Shown piece by piece: positions 53,155-64,000 of a DNA stretch of 64,000 nucleotides. The position numbers and the translations under genes are program-made. The notes under the pieces were generated by a model. It was given only the letters and a program-made list of their open reading frames with translations, had not been told where the DNA came from and ran no database searches. This DNA comes from an uncultured Chloroflexia bacterium (GTDB lineage: Bacteria > Chloroflexota > Limnocylindria > Limnocylindrales > CSP1-4): NCBI GenBank assembly GCA_963833225.1, contig CAWHXD010000007.1, forward strand, positions 352,001 through 416,000, written 5' to 3'. Numbering within the stretch: position 1 is the stretch's first letter; each line of letters starts with the position of its first letter.

Positions 53155-53184
53155 CGCCATCGACGCCTCGCTGACGCACGCCTG

Positions 53185-53985
53185 ATGCCGGATCTGCCCT
53201 TCCCCGACCTCCCTGAGCTGCTGGACAAGGTCCCGGATACCCTCCGGGTCCTGATGGCGGTCGGGCTGGTGGGGCTCCTGGTCATCCTCCGGCTCGACGC
53301 CGAGCGGTTCAACGCGGCCGAGTACGACGACATCGATCGCTGGGGTCGCCCGCCGTCGCTGCTCCGGAGGCTGGCGTGGTACTTCCTCGGCATCGGCGGC
53401 ATCCTGCTGGTGCTCGAGCTCCACCCGGCCCCCGCCACCGAGCTCTACCTCACGCTTGGAGACCGTCTCGGGACGGTGATCCTGGGCCTGGCCTATGGGT
53501 CGATTGGCGTGGCCGTGGCCGTGGGCATCGCGCTGCTCCGCTACCGGCGCGTGCGCTTCCCTCCCGTGTCGCTGTACCCGGCCAAGCTGACCAACGCCAT
53601 CGCGACGGCGTTCGTGGACGAGGCGGTGTTCCGCGGGGCGGTGTTCGGGTTCCTGGTGCTGACCTCGATGGATGCCAACCTTGCGAACGTCACCCAGGCG
53701 CTGCTGTACGCGCTGGCGACGCGGCTCGGGGCGCCGGGCCGGCCGTGGTACATGCTGGTGACGGTCCTGGTGATCGGCCTCGCCGGCGGCTGGCTGACGG
53801 GGATCACCGGCGGCATCGGCGCGGCGTTCCTGGGCCATGCCATCACCCGGATCGCCATCTTCCTGACCACCGGCCACGCCGCCATCCCGAAGGCGCGCGG
53901 AACCGAGGAGGAGGAGGTCGAGCGGCGGCGCCAGACCCCCGAGGGCTGGCAGGTGCTTGGCCCGCGCGAGGCGGGCGACCGCTGA
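53185..53985 (+). CDS. CPBP/CAAX-family intramembrane protease-like protein
   Basis: Multiple TM helices; DEAVFRG (EExxFRG-like) and late GH motif. Confidence 0.65.
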   Translation: MPDLPFPDLPELLDKVPDTLRVLMAVGLVGLLVILRLDAERFNAAEYDDIDRWGRPPSLLRRLAWYFLGIGGILLVLELHPAPATELYLTLGDRLGTVILGLAYGSIGVAVAVGIALLRYRRVRFPPVSLYPAKLTNAIATAFVDEAVFRGAVFGFLVLTSMDANLANVTQALLYALATRLGAPGRPWYMLVTVLVIGLAGGWLTGITGGIGAAFLGHAITRIAIFLTTGHAAIPKARGTEEEEVERRRQTPEGWQVLGPREAGDR

Positions 53986-55271
53986 CCAGCGTCCTGCCCG
54001 ACCCTGCTGGCGGAGCGCGATCCGACCCGGCACCGGAGATCCGACCGCCGGTCGCGCTCTACGTCCATGTCCCGTTCTGCGTGTCGCTCTGCCCGTACTG
54101 CGACTTCGTCGTGTACGCGGGGGCTGCCGCCCGGGGTCCCCGCGACCGCGTCCCCGCCTTCGTCGGTGCCCTCAAGACCGAGATCGCGCTCCGCGCCGAC
54201 GCGCTCGACGCCACGTTCGGGGTGCCGGGCACCGCTGGTGGACGGCCGCCGCTCGAGACCCTGTACCTGGGGGGTGGAACGCCGACGCTGCTGCCCGCCG
54301 CGGCGATCACCGATGTGCTGGACCTGGTGCGAGCCCGCTTCGGGCTCGCGGACGGTGCCGAGGTCACGATCGAGTCCAACCCCGGTCCCGACGAGCGGGG
54401 CGATGCCGGGCCGCTGGTCGCGGCCGGGATCACCCGGTTGTCGCTCGGGGCGCAGTCGTTCGACGATGCCCTGCTCCGGCGGCTCGGACGCCGCCACCGG
54501 GCATCCGACGTCGTCGATGCCGTGGCCGAGGCCCGGGCGGCGGGCGTTCCGTCCGTGTCGATCGACCTGCTGTACGACGTACCCGGGCAGTCGCCCGACG
54601 GGTGGGCCTCGACCGTCGATGCGGCCATCGACCTCGGCGTTGACCACGTCTCGGCGTACGCGCTGACCCTCGACGATCCGGACGCGGAGGGCCTGACCGG
54701 CCCGACCGGCGACCACCTGCCGACCCGCCCGGGCGCCCGGCGCTGGCGGGTCGCCGCCGCGGCGGCGCAGGATGAGGACCGCGCGGCGGCGCAGTACCGG
54801 GTCGCGGTCGATCGCCTTGGAGGCGCCGGTTTCCGGGGCTACGAGATCTCCAACTGGGCGCGTGCCGGGCACGAAAGCCGCCACAACCTCGTCTACTGGC
54901 AGCGCCGGCCGTACGAGGCCGTTGGCCCGGGGGCACACGCGTTCGACGGGGTCACGCGGCGCTGGAACGCGGCTCGCCTGGACCCCTATCTCCGCGCGCT
55001 GGCTGCCGGGGACCACGAGCGACGGGGGCTCCCACCTGGCGGGGAGGAGGTTCTCGATCCAGCCGCCGCGGCGGTGGAAGCGGTGATCCTCGGGCTTCGG
55101 CTGGACACCGGGATCGCGCTCGAGGAGGTGTCGCGAGGTCCGCTTGCGGCCCACCTTGCCTGGGCGACCGCGGCGGGCCTGCTCGAGACGGCCGCGGGTC
55201 CGCCTCCGCGGATCCGGCTCACCACCCGCGGGCGGCTCCTGTCCAACGAGCTGTTCGTGCGCCTGACCTGA
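53982..55271 (+). CDS. hemW: Radical SAM heme chaperone HemW (HemN-like)
   Basis: LYVHVPFCVSLCPYCDF, GGGTP, YEISNWA, HNLVYW. Start uncertain; CTG overlapping the upstream TGA is the best candidate. Confidence 0.88.
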   Translation: MTSVLPDPAGGARSDPAPEIRPPVALYVHVPFCVSLCPYCDFVVYAGAAARGPRDRVPAFVGALKTEIALRADALDATFGVPGTAGGRPPLETLYLGGGTPTLLPAAAITDVLDLVRARFGLADGAEVTIESNPGPDERGDAGPLVAAGITRLSLGAQSFDDALLRRLGRRHRASDVVDAVAEARAAGVPSVSIDLLYDVPGQSPDGWASTVDAAIDLGVDHVSAYALTLDDPDAEGLTGPTGDHLPTRPGARRWRVAAAAAQDEDRAAAQYRVAVDRLGGAGFRGYEISNWARAGHESRHNLVYWQRRPYEAVGPGAHAFDGVTRRWNAARLDPYLRALAAGDHERRGLPPGGEEVLDPAAAAVEAVILGLRLDTGIALEEVSRGPLAAHLAWATAAGLLETAAGPPPRIRLTTRGRLLSNELFVRLT

Positions 55272-55397
55272 GGGCGCCGGCCGCCCCGCGCGGGCCGCGT
55301 TTCCCGGGGGCGCCTTGAGCGACCGTGCATAATCAGCCGACGGCCACTGCCGCCGGGGACGAGGCCGAGCGCCGGGCGGCGCCGGCCGAGGGACGGG

Positions 55398-57452
55398 ATG
55401 GTGGACAAGCACGTGCAGCGGGCCGGTGATGGCGATGGACGCGCGATTCGCGTGATCATCGTCGAGGATCGCCCGACCGACGCCGAGCTCATCGTGCTGC
55501 AGCTGCAGGGCGCGGGCTATGACCCGATCGTGGAGCTCGTTGAGACGAGAGAGGGCCTGGTCGCCGCGCTCGGTTCGAACCCAGATCTCGTGCTGTCCGA
55601 CTGGAGCCTCCCCGCGTTCAGCGGCCTGGAGGCGCTCGCGACGGTCCGCTCGCGGTCCGCCGACCTTCCGTTCATCCTCGTGTCTGGCAGCATCGGCGAG
55701 GAGGCCGCGGTCGATGCGCTCCGTGCCGGTGCAGACGACTACATTCTCAAGGATCGGATGGTGCGTCTCGGGCCGGCCGTGCACCGGGCCCTCGACGCCC
55801 GTGTGCAGCGTGCCGACAAGCGGCGGCTCGAGTTCGAGTCGCAGCGGCTGTCGAGCGCCATCGAGCAGGCGCACGAGGCGGTGATCATCACCGACGCGGA
55901 GCCCCAGATCCTGTACGTGAACCCCGCGTTCGAGCGGATCACGGGCTTCACCCGGGGCGAGGTCATCGGCCAGAACCCGAGGATCATCCAGGGTGGGACG
56001 CATCCGCCGTCGTTCTACCGGGCCATGTGGGCGGCGCTTGGTGCGGGCGAGCCCTGGGTCGCCGAGTTCATCAACCGGAGCAAGGATGGCTCGACGTTCC
56101 TGATGCGCGCGAACATCTCGCCGATCGTCGATCAAGATGGGTCGATCGCGAGCTACGTCTCCGTCGGGCACGACATCACCCGCGAGCGCGAGCTCGAGGA
56201 TGTCGCCGCCAGGTTCGCCCGCGAGCGAGCGCTCATCGCGGAGACGCTCGCCCGGCTGCCCGCTCGCGGGACCGCGGACGACGTTGCCGAGGCCATCTGC
56301 CGGCAGGTCGTCACCCTCTCGGGGCTGGGCGCCGCCGCCCTCGTCCAGTTCGATCACGAGGGATCTGCCACACCCCTCGCCCTGGTCTCCGAGGATGGCG
56401 AGCCGCAGCCGCAGCACCGGCTCTCGATCGGGCGCAGCGAGCACCTCCGCGGTCGTGCGCTGGAAGGGCCGTGGGTCGAGGCGTTCTCGCCTGACGCCGC
56501 AGGGCCGTATCGCGAGCTCCACACCCGCCTCGGAACGTCGGCGCTTGCCGAGGCTCCGGTTCGGTACGCGGGCGCGCTGGTCGGCATGCTCGCGGCATTC
56601 GCTTCGGGGGCCGAGGGCGCCGCTCGGCTGACGGAGGCGCTCCCGGCGCTGCTTGAGTTCGCCGACCTTGCCGGGATCATCGTCGGCCAGGAGATGGCGG
56701 TGCGAACCGATGCCGGCCGCGTTCGCGGCCGGATCCGCGCCGTCATCGACGACGCTGCCTTCCACCCTGTGTACCAGCCGATCGTGGACCTGGCCACGCA
56801 TGCCATCGTGGGCTACGAGGCGCTGACCCGGTTCGCCTCGGGTGAACGACCCGACCTCGTGTTCGCCGAGGCATGGTCGGTGGGCCTTGGCCCCGACCTC
56901 GAGATTGCCACGCTGCGTGTCGCCGTCGAGACGGCGGCCGCGCTCCCCCCGGACCGATGGCTGAGCGTCAACCTGTCGCCGGGGTTGCTGGTCGCGCATC
57001 CGGATCTCTCGCGGGTGATCCACGCGAGCGGTCGGGCGATCGTCGCCGAGATCACCGAGCATGAGACCGTCGCCGACTACGATCAACTGCGGACCGCTGT
57101 TCGCCGGATCGGCCCCGACACGCGACTCGCGGTGGATGACGCCGGCGCCGGCGTCGCCAACTTCGCCCACATCATCGACCTGCGGGCTGACTTCGTGAAG
57201 ATCGACATCGGGCTCGTCCGGGATATCGACCGCGATGTCGGCCGCCAGGCCATGATGGTCGGCATGCGCCATTTCGCGCACACCGCCGGCTGCAGGCTGA
57301 TCGCCGAGGGGATCGAGACGCAGGCGGAATCGGACACCGTCGCGGCGCTCGGCGCGGAGCTCGGCCAGGGGTACCTGCTTGGGCGCCCCGAACCGATCGA
57401 ACGCTGGGTTGTCGGTGGCGCGGACGTGAGGCCGGGGCCGGCGACAGGTTGA
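55398..57452 (+). CDS. REC-PAS-GAF-EAL c-di-GMP phosphodiesterase
   Basis: Receiver (VEDR..D, DW.LP, ADDYILK), PAS (YVNPAFERITG), EAL (YQPIV, GYEAL.RF, VNLSP, EITE, AVDD.GAG, KID, AEGIET, QGYL.GRP). Confidence 0.88.
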   Translation: MVDKHVQRAGDGDGRAIRVIIVEDRPTDAELIVLQLQGAGYDPIVELVETREGLVAALGSNPDLVLSDWSLPAFSGLEALATVRSRSADLPFILVSGSIGEEAAVDALRAGADDYILKDRMVRLGPAVHRALDARVQRADKRRLEFESQRLSSAIEQAHEAVIITDAEPQILYVNPAFERITGFTRGEVIGQNPRIIQGGTHPPSFYRAMWAALGAGEPWVAEFINRSKDGSTFLMRANISPIVDQDGSIASYVSVGHDITRERELEDVAARFARERALIAETLARLPARGTADDVAEAICRQVVTLSGLGAAALVQFDHEGSATPLALVSEDGEPQPQHRLSIGRSEHLRGRALEGPWVEAFSPDAAGPYRELHTRLGTSALAEAPVRYAGALVGMLAAFASGAEGAARLTEALPALLEFADLAGIIVGQEMAVRTDAGRVRGRIRAVIDDAAFHPVYQPIVDLATHAIVGYEALTRFASGERPDLVFAEAWSVGLGPDLEIATLRVAVETAAALPPDRWLSVNLSPGLLVAHPDLSRVIHASGRAIVAEITEHETVADYDQLRTAVRRIGPDTRLAVDDAGAGVANFAHIIDLRADFVKIDIGLVRDIDRDVGRQAMMVGMRHFAHTAGCRLIAEGIETQAESDTVAALGAELGQGYLLGRPEPIERWVVGGADVRPGPATG

Positions 57453-57455
57453 GCG

Positions 57456-59744
57456 TCAGCTGGGACTCGTGGATGGCGGCGAGGCCCCTCGAGGTGCGCC
57501 TGTCCGACCGGGCCGTCGCCCATGTCGTGATCCACCGTCCTCCGCGGCGGGCAGGTGCAGGCTGAACGTGCTGCCGGACCCGGGTGTCGAGTCGAGATGG
57601 ATGTCGCCGCCCATGGCGCGGGCGGCCTTCCGGGCGATGGCGAGCCCGATCCCCGTCCCGGCGAACGCCGCCTCCGTGTGCAGCCGCGTGAACACGTCGA
57701 ACACCCGCTCATGGTCCTGGGCCTCGATCCCAAGCCCGTTGTCGGCCACGCTGATGATCACCTGGCCGTCGTCGCGCCGGCTGTCGATCGCCACGCGGGG
57801 TCCGACACCGTCCCGGTGGTAGGTGAGCGCATTCGACACCAGGTTGAGCAGCGCCTGCTCGACCAGCGTCGGGTCACCGAGCGGCGTGGCTGCGAGCCCG
57901 TCGGCGTCGAGGCAGGTATCGGGATCGGTGAGCTGCCGCTCGAACGTCCGGCGCAGGCGTGCCACGATCGGTTCGAGCGCCACCGGTTCACTCCGTGCGG
58001 CCTCGCGTCCCAGCCGGGAGTAGGCGAGCAGGTCCTCGATGAGCTGTTCCATCTGCCCGCTGGCCACGACGATGTTGTCGAGGAAGTGACGGCCCTCGTC
58101 GTCCAACACGTCGGCGTGCCGGCTGACGAGGATCTGCGAGAAGCCCGAGATTGCCCGCAGCGGCGCCCGGAGGTCGTGCGAGACAGAGCGGGTATATGCC
58201 TCGAGCTCGCCGTTGGCCACCTCCAGCTTGGCGGTCCGGTCCCTGACCCGCTCCTCGAGCTCCTCGGTGAGGCGGTGCAGCGCCGCCTCCGCCTGCTTGC
58301 GTTTGGTGATATCCCGGAGGATGAAGTGGATCGAGACGCTGCCGTGATCCTCGAACGGCGCGGATGCGACCTCGACGTCCACCTCCGACCCATCGTCGCG
58401 GATGATGCGCCGCTCGACGGGCGCGTCGACGACGGCCGTGTCGCGCAGCGACCGGATTCGCTCACGGACCTCGGCGTGATCCTCGGGGTGGAACAGCTGG
58501 TAGGGGTTCCTGCCCACGAGGTCCTGCCCGCCGACGGCGCCGAACAGCGCGACGGCAGCGTCGTTGGCGAGGACGATCCGGTCGTCGCGATCGATCAGGA
58601 TCGCGTCCGGCGCGTGTCCGACCAGTCCCTGGTACCGGTCCACCGTCTCGTGCAGCTCGAGATCGGATGCCCGGAGATCCTCGACGATGCTGAGCAACGC
58701 GCGTCGCGATGCAGACGCCTCCCGGAGGAGCCTGGCCATCGCGGCCTCGGCCGCGCGCGCCTGCTCCTCGGCGAGGCGCAGCGACGTGATGTCCGTGTGC
58801 GTGCCGAGCATCCGCACGGGCACCCCATGCGGATCTCGCTCCACGATCTCGCCCACGGACAGGATCCACCTCCAGGTCCCGTCCGCCATCCGCTGCCGGA
58901 ACTCGGCCCGGTAGCTCGACCGGCGGCCGGCGACGTAGTCCGCGTAGGCGGTCTCGACGCGCTCCCGGTCGTCGGGGTGAAGCCGGTTGAGCCCGTCGGC
59001 GTGGGTCTCGTGAAACGTCCCCGGGTCGTGGCCAAGCCTCCGGGCATAGTCGTCGCTGACCCGCGCCTGGCCCGTCCGCAGGTCATGGTCGTAGATGCCC
59101 TGGCCGGCAGCCTTGAGCGCCAGCCGCAGCCGTTCCTCGCTCGAGCGCAGCGCGGCATCCGCGTCCTCGCGCCGGAGACTGCCAAGCAGGAGCCCGCCGA
59201 GCGCTGCCGTCGCCGCGGGGTTGATCACGATGACGGGGACGGCGATGGCGCGAAGGACCCTGGCCGCCGTGTCCCACGGCAATGTGAGCATGAGGACCAG
59301 CATCACCACGTGGACGGCGATTCCCAGGGCGTACAGCTCCCGGATCGGGATGGCCGAGAGGCGGCCGCCGCGCAGGCGCCGCCAGGCGATGCCGATCAGC
59401 CCGGAAGCGATGATGACGGCGACCCCGACGCCCGCCGCCGCCCCACCTTGGGACAACCGGAGTGCCGCGGTCATCGCCATGGCGATCAGCGTCGGGATCC
59501 CCCCGAACACGAGCCCGGAGACCGCCAGCAGCACCGAGCGGGTGTCGAACACGATGCCCGGGCTGAACACCCACGGTGTGAGCATGATCATCACGCCGAC
59601 CGACCCGACCAGGAGGCCGAGCAGCACAAGCCCCAGCCGATCACGGGCGAGCGTCCGGTGGGCGGAGGCCACCTCGTAGATCCCCGCGAACCCCAGGAGG
59701 AGAGCGGCGTTCTGGATCAGCGGCAGGAACGGGAGGTCAGTCAT
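57456..59744 (-). CDS. Sensor histidine kinase (5TM-LytS-type, two PAS domains, HisKA, HATPase)
   Basis: FD.RSVLL TM block, LHPDD and FHPED PAS motifs, VSHDLRAPLRAI, NL.SNAL, DNG.GI, GTGIGLAI, GSTF. Confidence 0.9.
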   Translation of the reverse strand: MTDLPFLPLIQNAALLLGFAGIYEVASAHRTLARDRLGLVLLGLLVGSVGVMIMLTPWVFSPGIVFDTRSVLLAVSGLVFGGIPTLIAMAMTAALRLSQGGAAAGVGVAVIIASGLIGIAWRRLRGGRLSAIPIRELYALGIAVHVVMLVLMLTLPWDTAARVLRAIAVPVIVINPAATAALGGLLLGSLRREDADAALRSSEERLRLALKAAGQGIYDHDLRTGQARVSDDYARRLGHDPGTFHETHADGLNRLHPDDRERVETAYADYVAGRRSSYRAEFRQRMADGTWRWILSVGEIVERDPHGVPVRMLGTHTDITSLRLAEEQARAAEAAMARLLREASASRRALLSIVEDLRASDLELHETVDRYQGLVGHAPDAILIDRDDRIVLANDAAVALFGAVGGQDLVGRNPYQLFHPEDHAEVRERIRSLRDTAVVDAPVERRIIRDDGSEVDVEVASAPFEDHGSVSIHFILRDITKRKQAEAALHRLTEELEERVRDRTAKLEVANGELEAYTRSVSHDLRAPLRAISGFSQILVSRHADVLDDEGRHFLDNIVVASGQMEQLIEDLLAYSRLGREAARSEPVALEPIVARLRRTFERQLTDPDTCLDADGLAATPLGDPTLVEQALLNLVSNALTYHRDGVGPRVAIDSRRDDGQVIISVADNGLGIEAQDHERVFDVFTRLHTEAAFAGTGIGLAIARKAARAMGGDIHLDSTPGSGSTFSLHLPAAEDGGSRHGRRPGRTGAPRGASPPSTSPS

Positions 59745-60630
59745 CAGCCGGACCGTCCTGCTCCTCGCCCGCGTACCGCCGAGCGCGGCCGAGCACCATC
59801 AGCAGCTCGTTGACCTCCTGCTTGAGCGCGATGATCCGGTCCTCGCGGTCGCTGGCCGCGACGCTCCATCGGTGGAGCTCGTCCAGCCGCTCCAGCAACG
59901 CCGCGTCCGCGCTCCGGCGCTCGGTGATGTCCCGCACGATGCTCTGCCGGAACCGTTGTCCATCGATCTCGAGCGAGCGCGTGCTGACCTCGACCGGGAA
60001 CGTGGTTCCGTCTCGACGCCGATGTGTCGTCTCGAATTGGGCACCGCCGGGATCCTCCGCGGCTGCCATGTCGCGGTCAATCGCCGCCCGGGCCTCGGGC
60101 GTGCGCAGGTCCAGCACGTCCATCCCGAGCAGCTCATCGCGCGGGTATCCATAGGCGGCCAGGGCAGCCTCGTTCGCCTCGATGATGCGGCCCGACGGAT
60201 CCGCCAGCAGGAAGACGTCGCGGGCCAGGGCGAACAGCTGGTCAAACCGCCGCGCGGCAGCTGCACGCTCCTGCACCGCGTCGCGCAGCCGTCGGAGAAG
60301 CCGGCGCTGGCGATCCACGAACAACAGCCCGGCGAGGCCCACGGCGACGATCGTCGCCAGGATAGCCAGCGCCAGGACGACTCCGGCCCGAACGAGGGCG
60401 GCCGCCGTCCCCTCCGGGACGTCCAGGTCCCGCGTGCCCACGTACGTCGCACCGGCGATGGCTGCGGCCGCAATCGCCACGGCCACGACCATGAGTACCA
60501 GGCGGCGCCGGGACGGGCGGTGCGGGGACGGGCGGCGCGCCGCGGCCTGGCCCGGGACACTTCGCGCTTCGCGAGACTGGGATGGTGGCGCGCGGCGGTC
60601 GGTCACGACAATGGCCATGGCGGTGTTCAC
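59737..60630 (-). CDS. Membrane PAS-domain protein without output domain
   Basis: Two TM helices, PAS (EANEAA...YGY..DEL; HRRRDGTTFPVEVS; RDITER), C-terminal RE.RI..LKQEVNELL...GR..RY helix; overlaps the kinase start. Confidence 0.75.
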   Translation of the reverse strand: MNTAMAIVVTDRRAPPSQSREARSVPGQAAARRPSPHRPSRRRLVLMVVAVAIAAAAIAGATYVGTRDLDVPEGTAAALVRAGVVLALAILATIVAVGLAGLLFVDRQRRLLRRLRDAVQERAAAARRFDQLFALARDVFLLADPSGRIIEANEAALAAYGYPRDELLGMDVLDLRTPEARAAIDRDMAAAEDPGGAQFETTHRRRDGTTFPVEVSTRSLEIDGQRFRQSIVRDITERRSADAALLERLDELHRWSVAASDREDRIIALKQEVNELLMVLGRARRYAGEEQDGPADD

Positions 60631-60673
60631 GGGTGGTGAACGACCCTAGGGTACGCCTCGGCGTAACCCCCCC

Positions 60674-60742
60674 TTGCGTGTGGAACAGGCGATTGCTAGA
60701 CTGCCAGCAACACTGTTGGCACTCTCAAGGTGCGAGTGCTAA
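60674..60742 (+). promoter_or_regulatory. Heat-shock operon promoter and CIRCE element
   Basis: TTGCGT, 17 bp, TAGACT (60674-60702); TTGGCACTC-N9-GAGTGCTAA (60716-60742). Confidence 0.93.
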
Positions 60743-60760
60743 CCAACGCAGGAGAGCCCC

Positions 60761-61825
60761 ATGGCGCGTCGCGTGCGTCGCTCCAGCGGCCCCCTTGATC
60801 TTCGCTCCCAGGCGATCCTTCGGGCCGTCATCGAGGAATATGTCACCACCGCGCAGCCCGTGGGCAGTCATGCCCTGGTGGAGCGCTACCGGCTCGGGGT
60901 GTCGAGCGCGACGGTTCGCGCTGTCCTCGCGGAGCTCGAGGCGGCCGGCCTGCTCATGCACCCGCACACGTCGGCCGGCCGCGTTCCCACCGAGCACGGC
61001 TACCGGTACTACGTCGAATCCATCGTGGAGTCGGTGCCGCTGCCGCCGGTTGAGCAGCTGATGATCCGCCACCAGTTCGGCCAGGTCGAGTACGCGAGCG
61101 AGCACTGGTTCCGCCTGGCGGCAACCACCCTTGCTTCCGTGACCCGCGCCGCGGGGCTCGCGACGCCGGCCAAGCCGAGCGCGGCCCACCTGCGGCGTCT
61201 CGACCTGGTGAGCATCTCGGACCGTCTCGCCAGCCTGATCCTCGTCCTCCGTGAGGGGGCGCTCAAGCAGGTTCTCGTGACGCTCGATCACCCCGTCGAC
61301 CAGGAGCTGCTGTCGTCGGTCGCCAACCAGCTCAACGAGCTGCTCGACAACGACACGGCAGACGAGGCGGAAACCGCCCTCGCCGCGCTCGATGCCGAGG
61401 ATCCCGCCACCGACCTGCCGCGACGCGTCGGCGAGCGTGTTGTCCGAGCGCTGCAGGAATTCGACGGGGCCGCCATCGAGGAGCTGTTCAGCGACGGCCT
61501 GCTCAACGTGATGGCCGCACCCGAGTTCGCGCAGAGCGAGAAGCTGCGCCGCGTCTTTGCGGCCCTCGAGAACCGCGCCTATCTCGCGGAGCTCATCGGC
61601 GGCGTCGCCGGGAGTGGCCGCATCTGTGTCTTCATCGGCTCCGAGAACCCGGCCGAGGAGATGGCGGACGTCTCCCTGGTGCTCGCCCCGTACGGGCGGC
61701 CGGGCCACGCCGTGGGCGTGGTCGGCGTCCTGGGCCCAACGCGCATGGCCTACCCCCACGCCATCGGCACGGTCCGCTTCGTGTCCGGGCTGATGAACGA
61801 GCTCATCGACCACCTCTATGCCTGA
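60761..61825 (+). CDS. hrcA: Heat-inducible transcription repressor HrcA
   Basis: EY..T..PVGS, SSATVR, PHTSAGRVPT..GYRYYV, GPTRM.Y; CIRCE upstream. Confidence 0.96.
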   Translation: MARRVRRSSGPLDLRSQAILRAVIEEYVTTAQPVGSHALVERYRLGVSSATVRAVLAELEAAGLLMHPHTSAGRVPTEHGYRYYVESIVESVPLPPVEQLMIRHQFGQVEYASEHWFRLAATTLASVTRAAGLATPAKPSAAHLRRLDLVSISDRLASLILVLREGALKQVLVTLDHPVDQELLSSVANQLNELLDNDTADEAETALAALDAEDPATDLPRRVGERVVRALQEFDGAAIEELFSDGLLNVMAAPEFAQSEKLRRVFAALENRAYLAELIGGVAGSGRICVFIGSENPAEEMADVSLVLAPYGRPGHAVGVVGVLGPTRMAYPHAIGTVRFVSGLMNELIDHLYA

Positions 61826-62426
61826 CGACCACGCCCCTGCGACCCGGAGATCCATGAACCGCAAGACCCGCGCCCAGGAGCGCGCGGACGAGATCGACAT
61901 CTCGCCCGGTGCCCTCCTCGAACAGCTCGAGGCCGCAAAGGCCGAGAAGGACGATGCCGTCGCCAAGGCGGACGAGTACCTCGGCGCGCTCCAGCGGGAG
62001 CGGGCGGAGTTCGTCAACTTCAAGCGCCGGACCGCCGAGGAGCGCCAGCGGGACCTGGGGCTCGCCGGTGTCGACCTCATCTCCAAGGTGATCAACCTGG
62101 CCGACGACTTCGACCGGGCGATCGAGACCCGACCCCCCGACCTCGCCGACAACGCCTGGGCCGAGGGTGTCACCGCCATCGACCGCAAGCTCCGGCTCCT
62201 CCTCGAGAGCGAGGGCGTCAGCGCCATCGACGCTTCGCCGGGAATCCCGTTCGACCCCCGCGAGCACGAAGCCGTCGTGAGCGTGCCGGGCACGGGCCGC
62301 GCCGAGGGCGAGATCGTCGACGAGGTCCGCCGCGGCTACCGGCTCCGCGACCGGGTGATCCGGCCCGCGCTCGTCGCGGTCGCCGCGGCCGGCGACGACG
62401 CCGCACCGACCGGCCCACCCAACTAG
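61818..62426 (+). CDS. grpE: Nucleotide exchange factor GrpE
   Basis: R.RAEF.NFKRR, DDFDRA, FDP..HEAV, GY.L.DRVIRPA.V.V. Confidence 0.95.
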   Translation: MPDDHAPATRRSMNRKTRAQERADEIDISPGALLEQLEAAKAEKDDAVAKADEYLGALQRERAEFVNFKRRTAEERQRDLGLAGVDLISKVINLADDFDRAIETRPPDLADNAWAEGVTAIDRKLRLLLESEGVSAIDASPGIPFDPREHEAVVSVPGTGRAEGEIVDEVRRGYRLRDRVIRPALVAVAAAGDDAAPTGPPN

Positions 62427-62492
62427 GCAACCCCAACCAGGCAGCTCCAACTTCGATTTCGACCCGACACCAGCGACCAGGAGACACCCCGA

Positions 62493-64000
<1,508 letters not shown>

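Noticed and set aside
53151-53184. 7-codon ORF (MTPSTPR) overlapping the lepA stop, and lepA being in frame with the next gene
   Set aside because: Too short to support; no readthrough signal; both genes look complete alone.

Overview
Very GC-rich bacterial chromosomal segment, mostly core genes with accessory blocks. No transposase, integrase, phage gene or CRISPR array was recognised. The gene inventory suggests a Gram-positive-like lineage, plausibly Chloroflexota (inference only): GAAC-N4-GTTC SOS boxes, CIRCE/hrcA-grpE-dnaK, lepA-hemW synteny, a DUF5679-like mini-protein and many leaderless starts. Left to right: a sugar-hydrolase fragment, phosphotriesterase-like gene and aldo/keto reductase; a frameshifted membrane diguanylate cyclase; an ECF sigma/anti-sigma pair; a TetR/oxidoreductase pair; a frameshifted D-aminoacylase; an M48/YgjP-like gene; tRNA-Tyr and tRNA-Ala; a split SOS mutagenesis cassette (RecA-like imuA, imuB, small DUF6504-like gene, dnaE2) with a LexA-type box at each half; a lamin-tail/OB-fold surface protein with a Pro-Thr repeat; uridine phosphorylase; gap-pgk-eno; rpsT with a long Lys/Ala-rich tail; pgi; a LacI-controlled aminotransferase/ABC/LLM operon with a divergent metallohydrolase; carbonic anhydrase and a methyltransferase; an ABC exporter; lepA, a CPBP protease and hemW; a c-di-GMP/two-component block; hrcA-grpE-dnaK. 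The most interesting unannotated signals are three small single-helix membrane peptides inside the SOS cassette, a strand-specific two-hairpin RNA with a CCUCCUCCC anti-Shine-Dalgarno loop just downstream of dnaE2, the histone-H1-like S20 extension, and a KdnA-like sugar aminotransferase in an apparently catabolic uptake operon. Several +1 frameshifts look like assembly errors. All calls come from reading motifs by eye; no database searches were run.
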